From assembly GCA_023484045.1 (NCBI GenBank), contig JAMDAA010000015.1, positions 8,659-72,658 of the forward strand: a stretch of DNA of 64,000 nt, given 5' to 3'. Position numbers and translations under genes: made by a program. Source of the DNA: Patescibacteria group bacterium (GTDB taxonomy: Bacteria > Patescibacteriota > Microgenomatia > Levybacterales > UBA12049). The notes beneath the pieces were generated by a model. The model had not been told where the DNA came from and did no database searches. It saw nothing but the letters and a program-made list of their open reading frames with translations. Of this stretch, positions 38,851 through 47,838 are shown in pieces; the first letter of the stretch is position 1; each line of letters opens with the position of its first letter.

Positions 38851-39444
38851 TTATAAATTAACTCGTAGTTTTATCAGTTCTGTTTTTAATTGTTTTGGAT
38901 CATGAAAATGAATAGTATGAATATTTAGTTTCTTCGCCGCTTTTATATTTTCTAGCCAATCGTCGACAAAAATGCATTCTTGCGGGGTTACTTTAAGTTT
39001 TTTAAGAATTAATTCAAACGCTTTTAATTCTGGTTTACATATTCCTACTTCAAAAGAATACATTGTTGAGTGAAATAGCCTGTGATAATCAAATTTTTGT
39101 TCGCAATGTTCAACCCATTCTTTTGCGTGAACGGACAATAATCCGAGTCTATATCCGTTTTCTTTAAGCTTTTCGATAATTTCTCTAGTGCCTTTTATCT
39201 CGACCATGTTTTCGCGGATAAGCGCCTTTAATTTATTTGTGGTGATGTCCCATTTATATTTTTTTATTATTTTTTTCCAGTATTCTTCTTCTGTAATTTT
39301 CCCGTGAAATAACTGTTCTGATTCATCTTCGAAACATATTTTAGATGTTATTTCGGCCCCAGTAATTTTAGTTATCCTTTTTTCGATACCTCGCATTCCG
39401 GAAAAAAATACTTCCGATAAATCAAAAATAATTGTCGTAATCAT
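38851..39444 (-). CDS. HAD-superfamily hydrolase
   Basis: IIFDL, KP, FVDD motifs. Confidence 0.85.
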   Translation of the reverse strand: MITTIIFDLSEVFFSGMRGIEKRITKITGAEITSKICFEDESEQLFHGKITEEEYWKKIIKKYKWDITTNKLKALIRENMVEIKGTREIIEKLKENGYRLGLLSVHAKEWVEHCEQKFDYHRLFHSTMYSFEVGICKPELKAFELILKKLKVTPQECIFVDDWLENIKAAKKLNIHTIHFHDPKQLKTELIKLRVNL

Positions 39445-39499
39445 AGAATGAATTATAACATGTCTAGAATTTAGTGGGCCTAAGAGGTAAAGCTAAAGA

Positions 39500-39790
39500 C
39501 TATTTAGTTTTCTTAGATTTTGGTTTTTTTGCGGCTACAGGTTTTACGGTCTTTTTTGCCGGCATTAATTTTGAAAGTCTCGATTTAATCCTCGCGGCTT
39601 TATTTTTATGGATAATTTTATTTTTCGCCGCTTTATCGACTGTTTTTGTGGCAATCAATATAGTTTTTTCCGAAGGTTTTTTCCCAGCCTTTTTAATGGC
39701 TTCGCTCAAAAGTTTTTTAAATTTTGCGTTTTTTACGCTTCTTTTCTTGTCTTGTCGTAATTTCTTTTTTGCCGATTTTATTACTGGCAT
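39500..39790 (-). CDS. rpsT: 30S ribosomal protein S20
   Basis: KSAKK.LRQ, DKAAK..IIHKNKAAR.KSRL. Confidence 0.95.
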   Translation of the reverse strand: MPVIKSAKKKLRQDKKRSVKNAKFKKLLSEAIKKAGKKPSEKTILIATKTVDKAAKNKIIHKNKAARIKSRLSKLMPAKKTVKPVAAKKPKSKKTK

Positions 39791-39796
39791 AGCGTT

Positions 39797-39814
39797 ATTT
39801 TATCATGCTATACT
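39797..39814. promoter_or_regulatory. Back-to-back extended -10 promoters for rpsT and murJ
   Basis: ATTTTATCA|TGCTATACT = minus TGnTAAAAT abutting plus TGnTATACT in a 34-bp gap. Confidence 0.6.
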
Positions 39815-39824
39815 GGTAAATACA

Positions 39825-41492
39825 ATGCCTAAGGATTTTTTAAGAAAAAGCCTCAACATACTTCTTGCCAGACAGACAAACATTTTATCGGCCGCTTTTA
39901 TTATCATGCTGACGATTGTTTTGTCTCAGTTACTCGGTCTTATAAGACAAAGATTATTAGTCAGTATTTTTGGTGCGTCGGATACTTTAGGAGTATATCT
40001 GGCATCACAAAAACTTCCGGATTTTTTATTTCAACTTATTATTGCGGGCGCGTTGTCTTCTTCTTTTATTCCTGTTTTTTCGGAATACTTAAACAAGGGC
40101 AAAGAAAAAGAGGCGCACGAAATGGCTTCGACGCTTCTTGTTTTGTGTTTCGGAATTTTTTTGGTTTTGTCTTTGATCCTATTTATATTCGCTCCGTTTT
40201 TCCTTCACGTATTAAACCTTGGATCGGGATTCTCAGATAAAGAAATGATTTTAATGAGCGATCTAATGAGGATTATTATTTTCGGTCAACTTCTTTTTAT
40301 ACTCGGGACATTCTTTTCGGCAATCTTGCAGTCGTACAATCATTTTTTTATTCCGGGGATCGCAGCGGCTTTATACAATTTAGGAATAATAATCGGAATA
40401 GTTGTTTTTTCGTCGGTTTTTGGGATATATTCTGCTGCGATCGGTGTGGTTTTGGGTGCGTTTATATTTTTTATAGTACAGCTACCGATGAGTAAAAGGG
40501 TCGGATTTTCTTTCCGACCGTCGTTAAAAAACATAAAAGAAGACGGCGTACTGGAAGTTGTAAAACTTATGTGGCCGAGAACCATTTCGATCGCGGTTTT
40601 CCAATTCGGAACGATCGCGACCGTAACACTTATTTCATTCTTGTCATCTCCGGGAAGAAACTACGTAATATTCGATTACGCACAAACCTTAGCGTTTGCG
40701 CCGGTCGTGTTGTTTGGGCAGACGATCGCGCAAGCGGCATTTCCAGTATTATCGAGGGAAAGAGAAAAACTTGAGGAATTTAAGACAACTTTTACGACGA
40801 GTTTTAATCAAATAGCGTATCTTATAATTCCCGTTTCTGTGATTTTTATAGTTTTAAGAGTCCCGGTTATTCGCTTATTTTTCGGCGCCGGACAATTTGA
40901 CTGGAGCGCGACGCTTTTAACCGGAAAAGCTTTAGCAATTTTATCGCTTTCGATCTTTGCACAGGCGCTAATATACCTGGTTTCGCGTGGTTTTTACGCT
41001 TTTCACGACACAAGGACGCCGCTTATAATAGGGAGCGTAACAACAGTCTTAATGCTTTTAGTAAACGCTTTATTTATTTTTGTTTATCATTTTGGCATCG
41101 AGAGCGTTGCGATCGCAACTTCGATCGGCGCTGTAATAAATTTGATATTACTTCTTACATTCCTGGACATAAAAATTAAAGGTTTTAACAGAAAGTTTTT
41201 AATAGTACCATTTGTAAAAATAACTTTGGCGAGTTTTTTAAGCGGTTTTGCGTTGTATATTCCGATTAAGCTTTTAGATCAATTAGTTTTTGATACAACA
41301 AAAACAGTAAACCTTCTTTTCTTAACCGGAATATCGAGTTTTGCGGGACTTAGTTTCTACCTTCTCCTTACGTGGTTGTTTGATGTCAAAGAAGCGAGTA
41401 TGTTTATACATTTGTTTAGAAAAGTGAGCGGCTGGAGAGAGATATTGGGGAAAAGCGAAGAAACGATCGACGGCACGCGAATTAATCCTTAA
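39825..41492 (+). CDS. murJ: Lipid II flippase MurJ
   Basis: LGL.R, LPD..F.L...GAL..SFIPVF, R.FYA..DT.TP; start ATG 39825 preferred. Confidence 0.93.
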   Translation: MPKDFLRKSLNILLARQTNILSAAFIIMLTIVLSQLLGLIRQRLLVSIFGASDTLGVYLASQKLPDFLFQLIIAGALSSSFIPVFSEYLNKGKEKEAHEMASTLLVLCFGIFLVLSLILFIFAPFFLHVLNLGSGFSDKEMILMSDLMRIIIFGQLLFILGTFFSAILQSYNHFFIPGIAAALYNLGIIIGIVVFSSVFGIYSAAIGVVLGAFIFFIVQLPMSKRVGFSFRPSLKNIKEDGVLEVVKLMWPRTISIAVFQFGTIATVTLISFLSSPGRNYVIFDYAQTLAFAPVVLFGQTIAQAAFPVLSREREKLEEFKTTFTTSFNQIAYLIIPVSVIFIVLRVPVIRLFFGAGQFDWSATLLTGKALAILSLSIFAQALIYLVSRGFYAFHDTRTPLIIGSVTTVLMLLVNALFIFVYHFGIESVAIATSIGAVINLILLLTFLDIKIKGFNRKFLIVPFVKITLASFLSGFALYIPIKLLDQLVFDTTKTVNLLFLTGISSFAGLSFYLLLTWLFDVKEASMFIHLFRKVSGWREILGKSEETIDGTRINP

Positions 41493-41503
41493 TTTTCTAA
41501 AAA

Positions 41504-42202
41504 ATGGTATCAGTCGAAAATTTTAGACATAAGGAACAGGAAGAAAAAGCAAAGCCCGTACAACTTGCTGTTTTAATTTCAAATAAGGGCACGGGTACAA
41601 ATCTGCAAGCTGTAATAGATGCAATAGAAGATAGATCAATTAATGCCAGTATTGCAATAGTAGTAAGCGATAAACCTGATGCAAAGGGATTTGAGAGGGT
41701 TAAAAACCGTAATATACCGAAAGGGGTCATATCTTTTAATAGATCAACACAAACTAGGAAGGCTTATGGGGCAGATTTAGGAATCACTTTAAATAGATAT
41801 GGTACTCAGATTGCGATTCTAGCCGGGTTTTCAACAGTACTGCCTCATTCCTATTTCGAAACATTTAATGGTATAACAATAAATATTCACCCGGGCCTTT
41901 TACCCGACAAAGAAGATGGGCAATATCTTTTTCCCGACGGTTCACCAGCGCCTTGGAATAAAGGTCTTATGACGAATGATGCTGTTAAAAATTTTATCGG
42001 CCTTAAGTATGCGGGGTCGACATGGCACATTGTAACCGAAGAAGCAGATACGGGCCCAGTTTTACAGCGAGTAGTAGTTGAAACTCAGCCTGAAGATACA
42101 GTCGAAACTCTTTATTCGCGATTAAAACGAGCTGAGCATAAAGGTTTAATAGAGATATTAAAAAACCCTCAGAGAATCATGAACAGTGCTTCCCAATTAT
42201 GA
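41504..42202 (+). CDS. purN: Phosphoribosylglycinamide formyltransferase-like (stand-alone)
   Basis: AVLIS..G.NLQA, LAGF, INIHPGLLP, H.VT...DTGP. Confidence 0.75.
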   Translation: MVSVENFRHKEQEEKAKPVQLAVLISNKGTGTNLQAVIDAIEDRSINASIAIVVSDKPDAKGFERVKNRNIPKGVISFNRSTQTRKAYGADLGITLNRYGTQIAILAGFSTVLPHSYFETFNGITINIHPGLLPDKEDGQYLFPDGSPAPWNKGLMTNDAVKNFIGLKYAGSTWHIVTEEADTGPVLQRVVVETQPEDTVETLYSRLKRAEHKGLIEILKNPQRIMNSASQL

Positions 42203-42235
42203 TTTTAGCCTCGTAGTCTGTTATAATCTTTCAGT

Positions 42236-44014
42236 ATGGAACAAAATATCAGAAATTTTGCGATCGTGGCGCATATCGATCACGGTAAATCAACTCTAGC
42301 AGACAGGTTTTTGGAGATCACAAAAACTGTCTCTAAAGAAAAAATAATAAATCAATTTTTAGACCAAAATCCGATAAGCAGAGAACGCGGAATCACGATA
42401 AAGCTCGCGCCGGTTCGGATGAACTATGAATATAATGGCGTTAATTATATCCTAAATCTGATCGACACTCCCGGTCATGTTGATTTCTCTTACGAGGTGT
42501 CGCGAACCCTCGCGTGTTGTGAGGGCGTAATTCTATTGGTCGACGCAACGCAGGGGATTCAGGCTCAGACCGTTGCCCATTTCAATGCGGCAAAAAAACA
42601 AAATCTCGTTATAATCCCGGTTATAAATAAAATAGACATGCCAAACGCCCAAAGCAAAATCGTGGCAAAGGCGATGTGCAATATTTTTGGATTTAATGAA
42701 GAAGAGATTTTATATATTTCTGCAAAAACAGGAGAAAACACAGGCATTGTTTTAAAAAAAGTCGTTGAAAAAATTCCTGCACCAACGGGTAACAAAAATT
42801 TATCGCTTCGGGCGCTTGTTTTTGATGCGGTTTACGACGAACACAGGGGGGTTATCGCTTTTGTCCGGATCGTTGACGGGAATATAAAACATAGAGAAAA
42901 AATAAAACTTATTCAGGAAGAAACTTTAACCCAAGGGACGGAGGTTGGTTATTTCTCTCCTTTTCTCTCTCCGTCAGCCGAACTCAAAACAGGAGAGATA
43001 GGATATATAATAACAGGCGTAAAAGACATTCATGAATGTCGGGTCGGGGATACGATTACGAATTCAGAATTCCCCAGCCTCGCCAAGCGAAGCGGGGCGG
43101 GCAAAATTCAGAATTCAAAATTTGAAAAAGTAGAACCGTTGCCAGGTTACGAACCACCTAAACCCATGGTTTTCTTCGGTGTTTATCCTAAAAATCCCGA
43201 TGACTTTGTTCGTCTTAAAGAAGGATTGTCAAGACTTACTCTCAAAGATGCCTCACTCACTTTTTCCGAAGATTACTCATCTTTTTTAGGAAGCGGATTC
43301 AGAGTCGGTTTTTTAGGACTGCTGCATGCAGAGATTATTAAAGAAAGGCTGAAAAGGGAAGAAAAAGTCGAGCCGCTTTTAACTATCCCGCAAGTTTTGT
43401 ATAAGAAAAATCCCGATGGCTCGATGCTTGAGCCATATATTAGTTTATTGATTTATTCTCCGGTCGATTTTATCGGAAATATTATGTCTCTCTGCCAAAG
43501 AAGAAAAGGTAAGCTTATTAACACTTTATACCATGATACGTACGCGGTTTTGGAGTATGAACTACCGTATAGTATGTTTATAAGAGGGTTGTCATCGGAA
43601 TTAAAATCTGCATCTTCGGGATTTGCGAGTGTCGATTATGAGTTTATCGGTTTTAGAAGCGCAAATTTAATAAATTTAGAGATTATAATCAATGATCATC
43701 CGATCGATGTTTTATCGGAATATGTTTATAAAGATGAGGTTATTTATAAGGCCCGGGAAAAAACAGAAAAATTAAAAGAATTATTACCAAGACAACAGTT
43801 TAGACAAATTATCCAAGGTGTTATTGATGGAAAAATTATTGCGAGAGAAGAAATTCCGCCGTTCAGAAAAGATGTTGTCGCAAAACTTTCCGGAGGAGAC
43901 AGAACAAGAAAAGATAAACTCCTAAAAAAACAAAAGAAAGGAAAGAGAAGGTTGGAAAATTATTCAAAAGTTAACTTACCACAAGAAGCCCTGCTTTCTT
44001 TTTTGGAGAAATAG
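42236..44014 (+). CDS. lepA: Translation elongation factor 4
   Basis: AHIDHGKSTLADR, RERGITIK, DTPGHVDF, GFR.GFLGLLH, RKDV.AK..GGD.TRK.KLL. Confidence 0.96.
   Translation: MEQNIRNFAIVAHIDHGKSTLADRFLEITKTVSKEKIINQFLDQNPISRERGITIKLAPVRMNYEYNGVNYILNLIDTPGHVDFSYEVSRTLACCEGVILLVDATQGIQAQTVAHFNAAKKQNLVIIPVINKIDMPNAQSKIVAKAMCNIFGFNEEEILYISAKTGENTGIVLKKVVEKIPAPTGNKNLSLRALVFDAVYDEHRGVIAFVRIVDGNIKHREKIKLIQEETLTQGTEVGYFSPFLSPSAELKTGEIGYIITGVKDIHECRVGDTITNSEFPSLAKRSGAGKIQNSKFEKVEPLPGYEPPKPMVFFGVYPKNPDDFVRLKEGLSRLTLKDASLTFSEDYSSFLGSGFRVGFLGLLHAEIIKERLKREEKVEPLLTIPQVLYKKNPDGSMLEPYISLLIYSPVDFIGNIMSLCQRRKGKLINTLYHDTYAVLEYELPYSMFIRGLSSELKSASSGFASVDYEFIGFRSANLINLEIIINDHPIDVLSEYVYKDEVIYKAREKTEKLKELLPRQQFRQIIQGVIDGKIIAREEIPPFRKDVVAKLSGGDRTRKDKLLKKQKKGKRRLENYSKVNLPQEALLSFLEK
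43061..43125 (+). repeat. Heptamer array with 30-bp palindromic insert inside lepA
   Basis: AATTCAG AATTC[CCCAGCCTCGCCAAGCGAAGCGGGGCGGGC]AA AATTCAG AATTCAA AATTTGA. Confidence 0.85.
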
Positions 44015-44017
44015 ATA

Positions 44018-45130
44018 CTATAGTGCTAAGAAAACAAGCGCCCCGATTATCGTAGCCGCGATTCCAAAAGCGCCTGCACCGAGAATAATATCTCCCGGTC
44101 CCGGTGCTTGCGGAGTAGTAACGACTGTAGTCGGAGTTGCTGTGGCCGCCGGCCGTGTTGTTCCGCCCGTTGCACTTCCCCCAGAGATAGTTATTGTTTT
44201 ACTGCAAGTTGCAATATCGCTCACAGCGCCTTTATCGTCTGTTAATACAGCAGATGTGTTAAACGTTCCCGAATTATTAAAAGTATGGGCGATTTGAACG
44301 CTTACGTTATTTGTTCCGATTCCGCCGGCTTGAGTAACATCCTGGACCGGCCCGTCTCCGAAATTAAATGTTGCTTTATTTATCGTGCTATCGGGGTCAT
44401 TACCAGAAGCAGTGAATGTAATCGAAAGAGGAGCTGTTCCCGACGCTTCGCGATCTAAAGCGAAGGACGTACAAACCGGAGATTGATTTGTGGCGCTTGG
44501 AGTGGCAGTTATCGAAGGTTGAATAGTCGGCGTTGGCACTACTCCTCCAATTTTTATATAAGCAGGAATTGTATTTTTTATAGAATTTTCGGTATAAGGG
44601 TCGCCCGCAGCAGAAGATCGCGCTTGAGTCTGCGGTGTGTAACTTATTTCAGTTGGGGCGTCTGTCGCTTCGATCGCGTTAAAAGATATGGTTCCAAGTT
44701 TTGTCGCCGATTGAATAACCTTGGTCGGGTCAGCGCCCTGACTGCTACTTACAATAACAGAAAGCAATGCGTATACGCTCCCCGAATTATATGTTGGACC
44801 TTCAAGCGCGGTTACAACGGCAGAGTTCGGGACAAATCCATTCTGTATAACTGCTAGCTTTTTCGGATCATATTTAATGTAAAGTTTAACGACCGTGATA
44901 ATATTTTTCCCCGGATCCATCATTATGTCCATGTCCGCTTTATCTCCGACGTTTTTTTGTATCGGTGAAGCGAGTGTCGAATCCGGTTTAAAAGAAACAA
45001 CGGTTAAAGGTGCGGCACTACTTCTTATTTCTTGTTGCCTTTGGAGCAAATATAATGTTACAGGTATCGCTCCGAGAAGAACTAAAATAAAGCCTAATAA
45101 AAGTATCTTTTTGCCGGAGAAAAGACTCAT
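44018..45130 (-). CDS. Surface protein with cohesin-like and PKD domains
   Basis: TM, RS.A, I.YDP.KL, LGTISF.A; G.APL.ITF, FNFGDG, HTF..SGTF; C-terminal TM. Confidence 0.75.
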   Translation of the reverse strand: MSLFSGKKILLLGFILVLLGAIPVTLYLLQRQQEIRSSAAPLTVVSFKPDSTLASPIQKNVGDKADMDIMMDPGKNIITVVKLYIKYDPKKLAVIQNGFVPNSAVVTALEGPTYNSGSVYALLSVIVSSSQGADPTKVIQSATKLGTISFNAIEATDAPTEISYTPQTQARSSAAGDPYTENSIKNTIPAYIKIGGVVPTPTIQPSITATPSATNQSPVCTSFALDREASGTAPLSITFTASGNDPDSTINKATFNFGDGPVQDVTQAGGIGTNNVSVQIAHTFNNSGTFNTSAVLTDDKGAVSDIATCSKTITISGGSATGGTTRPAATATPTTVVTTPQAPGPGDIILGAGAFGIAATIIGALVFLAL

Positions 45131-45211
45131 ACAATAAAACCCATAATTTCTGGGATATTTTTATAGTAAAGAACAGCAAACATCCTGTCAAGTAGGTGCT
45201 AGTCTTAGGAC

Positions 45212-45266
45212 TTGCAATTGCTGTAAAGACGGTGTATAATTTGAACGGAAAGTAGGAAATTCCGTT
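45212..45266 (+). promoter_or_regulatory. Promoter and palindromic operator of AbrB-exporter operon
   Basis: TTGCAA, 17 bp, TATAAT, then AACGGAA-N9-TTCCGTT. Confidence 0.65.
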
Positions 45267-45295
45267 TATTTCATATTAAAGGCGGGTGAAAAAAG

Positions 45296-45553
45296 ATGTT
45301 TATAGATAATAAAAAGTTTTACGGTTCAACCACCGTTGGAGAGAAGGGTCAGGTAGTCCTCCCAGCCGATTTAAGGCGAGATCTCAAAGTTGAGGCAGGT
45401 GATAAATTGGCTGTTTTGGTTTTGAAAAAGTCAGGTTTTTCGGGTATCGTCATGATTCAGACTGGACTTCTCACTGTTATTCTCGAGAAGTTTTTCGGCG
45501 GGAAGTTGGCAGAATTTATTAAAGATAAGAAATCGACAGAAAAAGTTAAATAA
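45296..45553 (+). CDS. AbrB/MazE/SpoVT family regulator
   Basis: FYGS.TVGEKGQVVLP.D.R....GDKL. Confidence 0.85.
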   Translation: MFIDNKKFYGSTTVGEKGQVVLPADLRRDLKVEAGDKLAVLVLKKSGFSGIVMIQTGLLTVILEKFFGGKLAEFIKDKKSTEKVK

Positions 45554-45559
45554 ATACCT

Positions 45560-46606
45560 ATGATTAAAAGGTTTTTTATCAGGAGAAATATTTTGATTGC
45601 CTTGGCATTTCTAGCAATTCTTTTTATTGGTTTTCGGGTGTATCCATCTTTTTCGAGCGCAGCCCGGGAGGAAACGATCGAAGTAAAAAGAGATACTATT
45701 ATGCAGAGAGTAACTGCTTCCGGAGAAATCAAATCCGAAGACGAAGTCGAGCTAAAATTTCCAGTGAGTGGGAAATTAGTTTATCTCGCAGTTGAAAAAA
45801 ATGAGCCGGTTAAAAAAGGAAGTTATATCGCCTCTTTAGACAAAGAAAAACTAGAAGCAAGCTTACGACAAGCCTGGCAAGATTTTACCGCTGCCAAAGC
45901 CGAATCCGAAAAAGTTTACGACGAACTTAAAAGAAAAGTAGACGAATCTTTTGACGAAAAAATAAGAAGGACAGCCGTAGATGCAAAACAGAATAAAGCC
46001 TATGACTCGATTAAAAAAGCAGAACAAGATTTAAAAGACGCCGATTTATACTCGCCGATTACAGGAGTTGTCACCAAAGTTTATGTTCAAGCGGGAACAG
46101 GAATTACCAATACCACTTCCATTGTCACGATCGCAAATCCGAATAACATGGTTTTTTTAGCAAGGGTAGGCGAATCGGATATTGGCGATGTTTCGATTGG
46201 TCAAGAAGCTTCGGTTGCCCTCGACGCTTTTGAAGGGAAAACGTTTAAAGGGCATGTTTCCGAAATCGACTATGCAGCAACAGTTAACGGCGGCAAAAGC
46301 TATCTTGTCAAAATTGTTTTAGAAGACCTTACTAAAGTAAAACTCGATATGAGCGGAGACGCAGAAATAATAACGGTTTCTCGTCCCGATGCCTTAATTA
46401 TTCCGCGAAGCGCAGTCCAAGAAAAAAACGGCCCCACTTCGCCAGGGCTTCGCGGGGCAAGCAAAAAATACGTCGAGATTTTGGAAGGAAAAAACACCAG
46501 ACAAAAGGAAATAACAACCGGCATAAAAGGTACCGGCGGAGTTGTCGAGATTCTTTCGGGACTTGATGTTTTTGAGAAAGTAATAGTTCCAAAACCTGCA
46601 AAATAG
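45560..46606 (+). CDS. Efflux membrane-fusion (MacA/HlyD-like) adaptor
   Basis: TASG, SGK, V..G..IA.LD, SPI.GVV, V.E.DI..V..GQ, VEILSGL. Confidence 0.88.
   Translation: MIKRFFIRRNILIALAFLAILFIGFRVYPSFSSAAREETIEVKRDTIMQRVTASGEIKSEDEVELKFPVSGKLVYLAVEKNEPVKKGSYIASLDKEKLEASLRQAWQDFTAAKAESEKVYDELKRKVDESFDEKIRRTAVDAKQNKAYDSIKKAEQDLKDADLYSPITGVVTKVYVQAGTGITNTTSIVTIANPNNMVFLARVGESDIGDVSIGQEASVALDAFEGKTFKGHVSEIDYAATVNGGKSYLVKIVLEDLTKVKLDMSGDAEIITVSRPDALIIPRSAVQEKNGPTSPGLRGASKKYVEILEGKNTRQKEITTGIKGTGGVVEILSGLDVFEKVIVPKPAK
46431..46462 (+). repeat. 30-bp in-frame palindromic insert in efflux adaptor gene
   Basis: GCCCC ACTTCGCCAGGGCTTCGC GGGGC AAGC; adds PTSPGLRGAS within EKNG^KKYV. Confidence 0.75.
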
Positions 46607-46607
46607 C

Positions 46608-47837
46608 ATGGCAAGAAACATAAAGATAGCCGCATTTTTAGCATTTAAATCGATTGTTAAAGGCAACAAAGCAACAACAGCGCTTATAATTTTTATTTTG
46701 TCTTTGGCCTTTGTTAATTTAGTTTTTATCGCAGGGATTCTAAACGGTGTTCTCGAAGGGATTAATAAGCAGGTCGTAACTAACCTTGTTTCAAATATTG
46801 TTATCGAGCCCCAAGAAGAGCCGACAAAAAAAGACTTCATTATTCACGCAAGGGACATCATGGATCAAGTTGAAAAGATTCCGGGAGTTACAGCCGTTAC
46901 CAGTCGTTATAAATTGGCCGGGACGTTGGCTTTCGACAAGGAAAAAAACGGAAAATTCAAGTTTAGGTCAGGAGAAATAATCGGAGTTGATCCGGAAAAC
47001 GAAAAGAACATCTCGAATATTGCTTCGAAAATAATTAGCGGAGAGTATCTAGAAGGTTTAGGTAATGGCGAAATTCTTTTGGGATCGTCCTTAGCCGGAG
47101 GATACGGAGATTCCGAAGATCTTATCGACTTAGGAGGAGTTAGAGTTGGAGATAAAGTTCAGGTTACTTTCTCAAACCAAACGGTCAAAGAGTATAAAGT
47201 GAAAGGTATTTTTAGAGTTCAATTCGGTTTTGTTGATAGATTAGCTTTTATTACTACCAAAGAAGCAGAATCGATACTCGGTGTTCACGATAATGCGTCT
47301 CAAATCCTCGTAAAAATTAAAGATACAGGTAGCGAAGACGGCTATGTTGACCAAATTAAAACTTTTTTTCCCAATTTAAGAGTTGATAAATGGAATAATT
47401 TTGTCGGGGCATTGGGTAATGTTTCTAAAAGCTTTGACATGATTACACTTATCATTAGCGCCATTGGGTTGGCGGTGGCAGCGATCACGATCTTTATCTT
47501 AATTTATGTTGAGGTGGTTCATAAAAGGCGGCAGATCGGAATTTTAAAGGCGATCGGTATTAAACAAAATATTATTATCTACTCTTATATTTTTCAGGCG
47601 CTTTTTTATGTCAGTTTAGGGGTTGTTATCGGAACACTTCTAACGCTTTATGTATTGGTGCCATTCTTTTCTGGTCACCCACTAAGACTTCCGGTCGGCG
47701 AGACGGGTTTGGCGTTAAATAAATTAGGGCTTATCTATAATGCGCTCAGCTTATTTTTAGCGGCTTTGATCGCCGGGTTTATTCCGTCGTGGCGAGGAGC
47801 GAAGGAAAACATTCTTAAAGCTATTTGGGGAGCATGA
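46608..47837 (+). CDS. ABC transporter permease (MacB/FtsX/LolE family)
   Basis: TM, large loop, R.QIGILKAIG, FIPS. Confidence 0.88.
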   Translation: MARNIKIAAFLAFKSIVKGNKATTALIIFILSLAFVNLVFIAGILNGVLEGINKQVVTNLVSNIVIEPQEEPTKKDFIIHARDIMDQVEKIPGVTAVTSRYKLAGTLAFDKEKNGKFKFRSGEIIGVDPENEKNISNIASKIISGEYLEGLGNGEILLGSSLAGGYGDSEDLIDLGGVRVGDKVQVTFSNQTVKEYKVKGIFRVQFGFVDRLAFITTKEAESILGVHDNASQILVKIKDTGSEDGYVDQIKTFFPNLRVDKWNNFVGALGNVSKSFDMITLIISAIGLAVAAITIFILIYVEVVHKRRQIGILKAIGIKQNIIIYSYIFQALFYVSLGVVIGTLLTLYVLVPFFSGHPLRLPVGETGLALNKLGLIYNALSLFLAALIAGFIPSWRGAKENILKAIWGA

Positions 47838-47838
47838 T

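Noticed and set aside
39474-39824. 117-aa N-terminal extension of MurJ in the ORF track
   Set aside because: It is the antisense of rpsT; ATG 39825 has its own extended -10 and gives a normal-length MurJ.
46403-46412. Extra GCGAAGC upstream of the adaptor insert
   Set aside because: It has no flanking stem and encodes the ordinary IP.SAV motif.
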